Below, one piece after another: positions 54,900-64,000 of a stretch of 64,000 bases of DNA; the stretch's first letter is position 1; every line of letters starts with the position of its first letter. A program made the translations under genes and the position numbers. Below the pieces are notes generated by a model. The model saw only the letters and a list, made by a program, of their open reading frames with translations. It was not told where the DNA came from and did not search any database. Location of the stretch: contig NC_043006.1 of assembly GCF_006345805.1 (NCBI RefSeq), positions 38,378,001 to 38,442,000 of the forward strand, read 5' to 3'. Source of the stretch: Octopus sinensis. Lineage: Eukaryota.

Positions 54900-55369
54900 T
54901 TCGGGAAGGTCGAAATACCAATAATAAACACACGCACTGGAATTATTTCACCTCTTTATTAGTCACTTCGTTAACTATTTAACTAAATAACTAATCGATC
55001 GTTTGATTAATCATTCCATCAATCAATAAGTTCACCGAGTTTGTGAAAGTTCTTTCGTCGTCATTCGCATCCTCATCAGACATGTCTTCTTTGCTTTAGG
55101 TTTGTCTGTTTCCCAGTCGCGGATGTCGACGAATGAACTTTGACAAGCCTAGCTGGTTGAGTGACCGACTGAGCAATTAACCAGACAGTCGATCGGTTAA
55201 GTCGGGTAAATGGTTTATTAGTTGACTGACATTAATAAAAGTGAAATAGAAGTGCAATAGAACCAGTGCATGTGTTTACAAGTGTCATTATGACCCTCCC
55301 GCAATATACCAAAATGTTTCAACATGCAAGTTCACATGAAGAATCTTGCAAGCCAAATACAAGAACGAG
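54900..55369. repeat. Foldback of two diverged, head-to-head PLE terminal repeats
   Basis: Inverted arms (GTTTGTGAAAGTTCTTTCGTCGTCATTCGC vs GCGGATGTCGACGAATGAACTTTGACAAGC). Segments match 58311-58630 of the PLE. CTGATGA...GAAA on the minus strand at 55079-55053. Confidence 0.7.
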
Positions 55370-55784
55370 ATATTATTAGTTACTTCATCATCATTTCCTT
55401 GGAATCACTCTAATTTTCCTCCTGTTGCTTTTCATCATCAACAACGTCGTCGTAACCATCAGCTTCCTCGTTGTCTTTTCATGCAGAAGTCTTGTTTCAC
55501 CATTTTCACGTAGAACATATAAAATCATTGATCAACATTGTTTACGGCAAAATAACAGCAGCGAGTCTATTTTATATTTTTGTCTTCCTCCCAAGTTAAG
55601 TCTATGAATTGCCATCAAGACGACAGCGGTTACTTCCCTTATATCTAACATCCAAATCACATCACCTACTGTTTATTTTAAAGAAATTATATTTACATGA
55701 TAGTGCTGTTGACTTTTGCCGGGCATCTGAGATAGGCTAAGCTAATAATAATAATAATAATAATAATTATGATAATAATAATAA

Positions 55785-56331
55785 ATGCCCTGATGCAGTA
55801 CCAGGCAGTGGCTCTCATGGTTTCTGATCTTAACTGATTGGAAGTGTTATCATGTACACTCTTTTGTCTTGGTATAAAAGATGGGCTACAGCAAATATTC
55901 TGCCCAATACCACAGATTTGCTTGTCAGTTGTTTGACCTTAAGCAGTTGAACCTGTCCCTTAGTGGCTGATGATATATGCATCTCTGATCATGAGCAGAA
56001 GTAGTGGGGGAAAATCATAGCCATGTGTTGAGAGGAATTCTTAGATGTTTGGATAATTCACCTTTGGAAACATGGGTGGTTCATTCAACAGCCTCAAACA
56101 ATCCTTATTCAGGGACCTTTTGAGCTACTCGACTAGAAGAAAATTCTAACTAGGACCCACCTGCAAGGTCATGCACTGTTTATCTTGATATGAGATCACC
56201 ATGTCGTGCACATATGGTTGTGATGCATGTGCCTGGTGTACCCTTATCAGACGGGTAGTTATGATGGGTATACTGGGCTTTGTATATTTTACCCCAGTGT
56301 CACTTTGATGGCATGCACTGCCTTCTCACTC
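55785..56331 (+). mobile_element. Family E, copy 3
   Basis: (AAT)n on both sides. Confidence 0.9.
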
Positions 56332-57357
56332 AATAATGATGATAATAATAATAATAATAATAATGATCCTTTCTACTGGAGGCACAAGGCCTCAAATTTG
56401 TGGAGAAGAGATTAGTCGATTACGTCGATCCCAGTGTTTCACTGGTGCTTAATTTATCGACCCCAAAAGGACGAAAGGCAAAGTTGACCTTGCTGGAATT
56501 TGAACACAGAACATAGCAGCAGACAAAATACTAGTAAGCATTTCACCCAGTGTGCTAACGATTCTGCAAGCTTACCGCTTTAATCATCATTTAATGTTCA
56601 TTGTCCATTTAATGTCCATTGGCATGGGTTAGACGATGTGACTGGGCTGGCACGCTGTGCCAGGATCCAGTCTGATTTGGCATGGTTGTCTATGGCTGGA
56701 TGCCCTTCCTAACGCCAACCACTCCGAGAGTGTAATTGGTGATTCTATGTGCCACCAGCACGGGTGCCATTTGTGTGACACTGGTATCTGTCATGACTGA
56801 TTTTGCTCAGCCTGATAGGTCTTCTTAATAACAATAATAATCATATCTGCTGGAGGCACAAGGCCTCAAATTTGTGGGCAGGGGTCTAGTCGATTACATC
56901 GACTGCAGTGTTTCACTGGCAGAGTCTTGAGGTTGACTCTACCTTCCATCCTTTTGGGGTCAATGAAATAAAGTACCAGTTGAACACTGGAGTTCGATGT
57001 TATTGACTTACCCACTCCCTTGAAATTCCTGGCCTTGTGCCAAAATTTGAAACCATTATTTAGAGCTTCATTTATTTCAAGTCCTACCGCTAAAATCAAT
57101 TTATTTTACATCTCTCAAATTTCTAACTTATATAAATGAAAGAATCGCAGTAAGACGACCAACATTGATATTATGATACAAAGCAAAACAAACACAACTT
57201 TAAAAAATATTTATTTATTACAAACATTCGTTTTTGATCATTGAAAAAAATATATTGTTTTCTAAACAAATATTGAAATTTTTAGAAAAATATAAACAGT
57301 AAACCTTTTATCAAAGTATTGAAATATCAGTGATATCGTGTTGATAAACACAAATAC

Positions 57358-57574
57358 CTCAGTGATGAAGTTTTGAAGAATTGCTGACAAAAGGAAGTCA
57401 TGTAATTTAGCAATTTCTTGTTTCTTTAACTGTCCACTGTTTCTGGGAAGATTGTGAGAGAAGGTGAAGATTGTGGCTTCCTCAGGCACCTCATCTATTG
57501 AGTTGTCTCAGAAACCACTATCATCAAATTTCCTGCCGGATTCCCAAGTATGACCCACAGAGACTATCGATAAC
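57358..57574 (-). other. Exon-like segment of unknown product with one in-frame TGA (57508-57510)
   Basis: GC-richer than its flanks, bounded by ...aaatag|G and GAG|GTATTT. 72 codons: LSIVSVGHTWESGRKFDDSGF*DNSIDEVPEEATIFTFSHNLPRNSGQLKKQEIAKLHDFLLSAILQNFITE. No family recognised. Confidence 0.3.
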
Positions 57575-57846
57575 CTATTTCTAATTTTTATAACAAAATG
57601 AAAACAAACAGCCGCAAGTCTTGTATAGGAAGATAGTAAGTAGATGGAAATGGTAAGGTTCTGGAGGAAATGATGTTACAATATTGGGATTTTTTTTTTG
57701 TCTTTCCATATCTGAGTTCTAATCATGTTAAGACCAATTAGGAAAATCTATCACCTTTCATCACATTGGTATTGGTTACTAGAGATAAATTGCTTGTTTG
57801 TTGAGTTAAATACTTAAATTTACATGACTGGCCATTCAGTATTTGA

Positions 57847-58066
57847 CCCTTTAGCATTTAAACCAGCCATATCCGGCCCAAATATTGGGCCTGTTTTAAG
57901 TTTAAACTGGTCAAATACAGCCTCTTACACCTACCCTACCATACCATTCGAATAATAAACAATTGCCTTATCAAAATCTTAAATTTACAAGATAATGGAG
58001 GATTAATTCAACAGAATGTGAACCAATAAACATTACATTCGAAAGAGAAATCTGAATACTAAAGGG
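57847..58066. mobile_element. piggyBac-type MITE
   Basis: TIRs CCCTTTAGCATT / AATACTAAAGGG, preceded by TTGA (degenerate TTAA). Confidence 0.65.
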
Positions 58067-58148
58067 TGCTGAATACTAAAAGGTACTTCAGGACTACTGT
58101 CTGATGTTTAGTTACCTCATGGTTACTAATGTTCAGTGTTTAGTTTCA

Positions 58149-60001
58149 TTAACTCTTTTGATATCAACCCCAGCCTGAGACCACTCCTGGTTTTATGACT
58201 CAAACTTCCAGCTTTAAAGAGATCTAAATTTAAAACTTCCATCGAAATTTCATGTTAATTTGTGTTCCAAACTCTAGTTTAATATTGAGTTATTTGACAA
58301 AATTCTTCATAGTTCGTATTTGTATTTGGTTTGCAAGATTCTTGTGAATTCGTGTGTTGAAAGAAATACTATTGAACCTTGGGAGGAGCATTATACCAGT
58401 AATAATAAACATACGCACTGGTTTGGTCCTTTATTGTTATTGTTAGCTAATGGGTTAGTTACTCTGCTAACAAACTTATCGGTCAGCCATTTTTTTCTAG
58501 TTTTTCTAACTCGTATGTTAAACACTTTAGTCCAACAGGTAATCAATAGTTCAATTGTTCATTATAGTTCATGCCATTTCTTGTTTTTTTTTTATCAAAT
58601 AATTATCTCATTGCATTCTCTTCAGTGACATGTCTCTCTACTTCCATTTCTACTGAAATTATGTTTCAGCATTGGGTTTTGTCCAACATGAGTATGTCTG
58701 TATGTGTGTGTTTATATGTGTGCATCCATGTATGTTTTAAATACTGACTTATGCCATTTTTCATATATATAAGATAGTGGTTTTGGTTTTCTTCACAAAC
58801 ACTCACATTCATCCATATAACGTTTCTCTCTTTATTTAATAAAAGTTGAATAAATTGATATCTATCCGTACGTAAGTATGAGCATGCATATGCGTACACG
58901 TGTGTTTGTGTGGGCATGTGTGTATGAGCATGTCTGTGTGTGTGTATGTATTTCTTTATGTATGTTTCCATGTATGTGCATAAGTGTGCATGTGTGTGTG
59001 TGTGTGTGTGTGTGTATATCTGTGTCTATGTGTGTGTGCGTCCGTGGTTCTTTGTAAGGCCTTTTTTATTGAGAGTATTTACTATTCAAAACCGGTTGTT
59101 TCATTTATGAAGATTGACTCCTGTATCTGTCATAGCGGTGCATGGTCAGGATGTCTAGACAGGATTTCTATGCTAATCCAGTTCAGCACATCACCATGTT
59201 GATTTTTGGCATACTAGTAGAGTATCAAGGCTTGTCTTTGATCCATGTACCCCCTCCAATGTTCATTTATAATTTCAGCCAAACTTCTTGCTGTTTCACC
59301 TATGTTTGCAATCTTCCAGTTTTTACAATCACCATCCATGCAGTTTATTTGGTAAACTACATTTCTGGCTTTGCAAGTTGACACCAGGTTTATATTTGCA
59401 CACTACACAATTCTCCTCTACACACATGGTATTTCTGAAGGGGTATGTTTTGCATATTACTGACCTGATAGATCTCCCTAATTTTTCTATGACTTTTATG
59501 TTCAACTTAATATCCTTCAGGATTTTTCTAAATCTGCAGGTTAGTTCCCCATGTGGTGTGGCTTCTACAAACATCATCCCTTGAAACTTGTCAGCATTGT
59601 ACCGCATGTTCTTTTTGTTCAATTTATCATAAATTCTTTGTGTTTTATTCCATTGCTTATTATGGTACCTAGGTTGTGTTCTACTGGCATCTTTATTCAC
59701 AATCTCCTCAAATTTCTTGCTAGTTCCCATGTACAGTAGGATCCTATCTTTCTGGGTGTATCCCGAAAATTGCATGCAATGCATGAAGTCTTGTAAAAAA
59801 AACAGCTGATTGATAAGTTTGTTAGTGAAGTAACTAACCCATTAGCTAACAAGAACAAAAAAGGACCTAACCAGTGCATGTGTTTATTATTACCAGCATA
59901 ATGCCCCTCCCAAGGTTCAATAGTAAATTCTTCATTATTTTAGGAATTAATCGAAACAAAGACGGTGTATTTTGAAAGAAACATGGTAACATAAAGATTA
60001 A
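58149..60001. mobile_element. piggyBac-type MITE split by the PLE insertion (halves 58149-58310 and 59925-60001)
   Basis: TTAA at both ends; the halves are colinear with the related MITE at 60670. Confidence 0.7.
58311..59924 (-). mobile_element. 5'-truncated Penelope-like element with an inverted terminal repeat and an 11-bp TSD
   Basis: RT thumb/linker MQFSGYTQKDR...FVEATPHGEL...CVEENCVVC, then GIY-YIG NVVYQINC...IGETARSLAE. Inverted repeat 58368-58500 / 59795-59924. TSD AAATTCTTCAT at 58300-58310 and 59925-59935. Confidence 0.85.
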
Positions 60002-60147
60002 CAAATTGGTGTTTTGTATTTTGATTGAATATCCTGCAGCATTCTGAGAAGTAGCATTTTTATATTTAGCTATGTCATGAGGATGGATTTTTCACTGTTA
60101 AGCTTAGAAAGTTATGATCTGGGCTATACTGACTGGATCACAGCTGG

Positions 60148-60219
60148 TTACATTCTGAGCAACGGTTTCTGTTGTTTAGTTATGTTTCGTTGTGTTATCG
60201 CGAGACACCGACTGATGAC
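60148..60219 (-). CDS. MCCC2-like: Terminal coding exon of the MCCC2-like gene: VISRCLAITQRNITKQQKPLLRM*
   Basis: Strong pyrimidine tract ...ttctttctgtttgttgcag|GTC, phase 0, TAA at 60148-60150. Ends in RM like MCCC2 (GIFRM*). Confidence 0.85.
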   Translation of the reverse strand, partial: VISRCLAITQRNITKQQKPLLRM

Positions 60220-60669
60220 CTGCAACAAACAGAAAGAAATATTCAGAAAAGAAAAAAGAAAAACAAAAATCTGTTATGTAGCTTTACTTGGCATGGTTAC
60301 AACAGCTGAGTGCTTTTCCTATTACCATTCACTTTACGGATTGTACTCACCATTTAACAACCATTTTTCCATGCTTGTATAGGCTAGATGGAACATGTAG
60401 GAGCATATTTTCTACAGTCAGGTGCCTTTCCTGTTGCCAACATTCACCTGTTTCCAAGTAAGGTTTCTCAACAGCCAGATATATTTTCACTTGCACGAGA
60501 TAGGTACTCTTTATAATCATCATGTGATGTGAAGTCAAGAGTACACACTTGCATATATCTATACTATAATAAGGAAAACCACTTTATTATTTGGGATTAT
60601 GTAACTTTTACTTGAAGAAAACAGTTATTAAAGTGTAGACTGTCTGGAAATTTTTTGTAAATTCTAATT

Positions 60670-61081
60670 TTAACCCTTTTGTTACCAACCCAGCTGAAAT
60701 CGGCTCTGGCTCAGAGTACAAATGTCTTGTTTTCATAAGTTTTGAATTAAAATCTTACACCAAACCTTAGTCACAATTTATGTTCCTAACACTAGCTTAA
60801 TGATAACTAAGTTATTTTACTAAATTCTTTGTTGTGCAGGTGGCACGTAAAAAGCACCCACTACACTCACGGAGTGGTTGGCGTTAGGAAGGGCATCCAG
60901 CCGTAGAAACACTGCCAAATCTGACTGGGCCTGATGAAGCCTTCCGGCTTCACATACCCCAGTTAAACCGTCCAACCCATGCTAGCTTGGAAAACGGATG
61001 CTAAATGATGATGATGATGATTTAAAGTAATTGAAAGAAAAACAGAGTATCTCAAAATAAATACTGTAATGATAGGATTAA
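60670..61081. mobile_element. piggyBac-type MITE in the last MCCC2-like intron, interrupted by a retroposon 3' tail (60833-61020)
   Basis: TTAA|CCCTTTTGTTACC ... TGTAATGATAGGA|TTAA. The insert carries GGAAGGGCATCCAGCCG and ends in (GAT)n. Confidence 0.7.
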
Positions 61082-61764
61082 TGCATCTTTATCAAAATGT
61101 AGCTTTAAATTTCTTTATAATTAAATATTTCAAGAACATGCTTCAGTCACTAATCTTATTCAATATGACATTTCAATTTACTGTGGTGTTTAACAGCTAT
61201 ATATACTCCTGAAATATACATGTTGTCCAAACATTTGCAATGATACTTTCAACAAATAAGTTTAATCCAGTGTCAGCCAAATTATGTTGATTCTAATATT
61301 CATTAATACTTGTTGGGTGTTCCTGAAGAAATACGAAGCTGAATAAGAAAAGTGATTTTAATTTACATCAGAAAGCCCCCCCCCCTCCTGTTGATTTTGT
61401 TTCCTCATAACTTTCAGGGAAATAGATATTTTTCTAATGAAATTTTCAACAGATACATTTCAGATAATGTTGATTTCATTATATATCAGAATTTTGGATG
61501 AAAAATATTTTTAGAGGTGGGAGAAAGGTATTTTCTCCCATAATTCATTTTCCCTTGTAAATTTTCCCATGTAACTTTCAGAAAAATGGATATTTTTTTC
61601 CTCAGGAAATTTTCTACAAATACCTTCCACATGGAGCAGTTTGAGCCTGTGGTATCCATTTAAACTAAACTCAATCGATAAAAATTGACTTTGTGTTTCA
61701 GAAGATAAGGAAAGGGAGACATACTATAATTGTTTGACAGAAACACTTTCTAATATCTACATAC

Positions 61765-62185
61765 AGGTGTGGCTGCATGGTTAAGAAGCTTACTTCTTGA
61801 CCATGTGGTCATGGGTTCATCCCCATTGTGTAGCACCTTCGGCAAGTGTCATCTACTATAGCCCCAGGTTGACCAATGTCTAGCCAGTGAATTTGGTAGA
61901 CTGAAAGAAGGCCATTGTATATGTGTATGTATGCATGTTTGTGTGTGCATGTACCTTTGTCTTAACATCATGTGATGATTGTAAATGAGCATCACTGTCA
62001 TACAAGCAGTGTTGTTCATTCCCAATCTTCTGCAAAAAACATATCTGGCCATGGGGAAATATTACCTTGCTTGGAAACAAGTGAGGGTTGGTGACAGATA
62101 GAGCATCTGGTCATAGAAAATCTGCCTTAACAAATTCCATCTGACCCATGCAGGGATGGAAAAGTGGACTTTAAATGATGACGAT
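61765..62185 (+). mobile_element. SINE with the family A head but a different (GAT)n-ending tail
   Basis: Head matches family A; tail matches 7200-7376, 60345-60530 and, in part, 56595-56815 and 60833-61020. Confidence 0.8.
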
Positions 62186-62219
62186 AGAAGTTTGGGTTTT
62201 TTATGACTGTTCAACTAAC

Positions 62220-62345
62220 CTGTCGAGTATCTTCTGGCATAATTATTCCATCATTCCAAAGTCTGCTGGAAGCATACACAGCTGAAGATTGCTTCTCCAG
62301 TTTTCCTCTCATCTTCTTCTCTGTTTCTTCATCCATGTTAACATC
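62220..62345 (-). CDS. MCCC2-like: Penultimate exon (126 nt, phase 0-0) of the MCCC2-like gene: DVNMDEETEKKMRGKLEKQSSAVYASSRLWNDGIIMPEDTRQ
   Basis: Acceptor ...aattttatag|GAT and donor CAG|GTTAGT. Matches the MCCC2 segment YYSSARVWDDGIIDPADTR. Confidence 0.9.
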
Positions 62346-62380
62346 CTATAAAATTATTAGAACTTTATTATCAGCCATTT

Positions 62381-62418
<38 letters not shown>

Positions 62419-63177
62419 CTGTCATATGACTACAAATTAGGAAAGCAATGTGATAAAATCTTTGTAACAAGTTTTGTTCTTTGTATGCCTTGTGCCCAAG
62501 GACCCATAAGGCCCGTCACCAAGGTTCCATGATGTAGTAGTCACCAAGATCACATTTCCACTGAAGGGGATGCTAGTCCATTGTAGAGTTCAAGAACTGA
62601 AATTTTTGAGGGGAGGGGGAAAGTCAATTATATCGACCCTAGTACTTTATTGATATTTTATCTTACCAATCCTGAAAGGATGAAAGTCAGAGTTGACCTG
62701 AGCAAGGTTTGAACTCAGAATGTAAAAAGAGCTGGATGAAATACCTATGAGTGTTTTGCCCAACATGTTAATGATTCTGCTAGCTTCCTACCTGCTATTG
62801 GCACTTACGATGATGAGGGCTCCAGCTGGTCTGATGAACGGAACCACCTGCTCATGAAAGTAATGTGCAAGCGGCTGAGTACTCCATGGGCATTCGTACC
62901 CTAAATGTAGTTCTTGGGGAGATTCAGTGTGAGACAGAATGTGACGTGGCTGGCCCCTTTGAATTACAGGTACAACTTGTTTTTGCCAGCTGAATAGAAT
63001 GGAACAATATGAAATAAAGAGTCTTGCTCAAGGACACAATGGATTGCTTGGAACTGAATTCATGACCTTACAATCTTGAGCCAAATACCCTGACCACTTG
63101 ACTACTTGCCTTTACTGTTACCTTTTAAAACATATCAAAGAACAAAAAATACAATTAATTCCATGAATAAGTCTCTC

Positions 63178-63490
63178 TTACTCTTTTATTTGTTTCAGTC
63201 ATTTGACTGTGGCCATGCTGGAGCACCGCCTTTAGTTGAGCAAATCGACCCCAGGATTTATTCTTTGTAAGCCTAGTACTTATTCTATCGGCCTCTTTTC
63301 CTGAACCGCTAGGTTACGGGGATGTTAACACACCAGCATCGATTGTCAAGTGATGTTGGGGAGACGAACACAGACACACAAACACATATATACAACAGGC
63401 TTCTTTCAGTTTCCATCTACCAAATCCACTCACAAGGCTTTGGTTGGCCTGAGGCTATAGTAGAAGACACTTGCCCAAGGTGCCACAAGT
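63178..63490 (-). mobile_element. SINE family A in an MCCC2-like intron
   Basis: Tail plus CORE-like segment; head missing. Confidence 0.88.
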
Positions 63491-63822
63491 CTATAAAAGT
63501 CTATTAATTCAATGACATGTTGTAAGTCTATAAAAAAATACAAGTATGAAATGCGGAAATATTCAGTGTAAAATATAAACATGAACTAAAGGAATATTCG
63601 AGTAAAGATAATTTAACAACATAACATGGCAGTCCTGGTTTAGGATGAATGTTGCTGTAATTAAGCCCCAGGTGACATTGTCTCCAGCTGGCTATATGAC
63701 ATGATCTGTGTCTTTATATTTTCGAATATAAAGGAATATTTCAGCAGAAAATACAAAAAGATGGGGTTGGTGATGATGATGAAGCAAAAGTGAATGAGAA
63801 TGTCTGCCTTGTCCGACCATAC

Positions 63823-63918
63823 CTGTTTCATAGCTTGCAGAATTTCTCCTGCATCCATAGCACCAACTTTGGCATTTGGCCAGCAGAAGACAAAATTTGG
63901 ACCAACAGCACGACCTCC
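63823..63918 (-). CDS. MCCC2-like: Internal exon (96 nt, phase 0-0) of an MCCC2-like biotin-dependent carboxylase beta (carboxyltransferase) subunit: GGRAVGPNFVFCWPNAKVGAMDAGEILQAMKQ
   Basis: Acceptor ...tatccacag|GGA and donor CAG|GTATGG. The peptide aligns by eye with the MCCC2 motif CGRAYSPRFLYxWPNARISVM. Confidence 0.88.
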
Positions 63919-64000
63919 CTGTGGATAGACATTCAAAAGAACAGGAGAAAATCGGAGATTAACAAGGATTCAATAGAGCAGAACTAAAAGTGTTATTGAT

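Noticed and set aside
60448-60554. Apparent exon MQVCTLDFTSHDDYKEYLSRASENISGC*ETLLGN with a selenoprotein-like GC-TGA, phase-compatible with 57358-57574
   Set aside because: The DNA is a reverse copy of the SINE tail seen at 61970-62180 and 7200-7376, so the frame and splice sites are accidental.

Overview
AT-rich, repeat-saturated eukaryotic genomic DNA. The SINE and microsatellite content points to an octopus (inference), on a draft scaffold with one 100-N gap. There are no prokaryotic or viral genes, no CRISPR array and no true tRNA or rRNA gene. The only host coding sequence I can identify is the last three minus-strand exons (63823-63918, 62220-62345, 60148-60219) of a divergent methylcrotonoyl-CoA carboxylase beta (MCCC2)-like carboxyltransferase; they are GT-AG, all phase 0, and end ...LLRM*. 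The rest is microsatellites, at least five SINE-like families, LINE remnants (CR1-group, RLE/R4-Dong-like, RTE-like), two Penelope-like elements (PLEs), a young internally deleted mariner, a dead maT-like transposase and many MITEs, often nested. The most interesting pattern is a set of about 7 minimal hammerhead-ribozyme-like motifs. They share an extra purine after CUGANGA and mostly have a palindromic mini-stem III. They occur at a PLE 3' end, in short solo repeats, and as head-to-head pairs in ORF-less foldbacks, one of which is visibly homologous to a PLE terminal repeat in this window. Secondary leads are an exon-like segment with a single in-frame TGA, a pre-miRNA-like hairpin, a LINE-SINE shared 3' tail, and a ~550-bp element found only inside (AAT)n tracts. 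The PLE-hammerhead link is already known; nothing here demonstrates a wholly new system. SINE, LINE and low-complexity boundaries are approximate.
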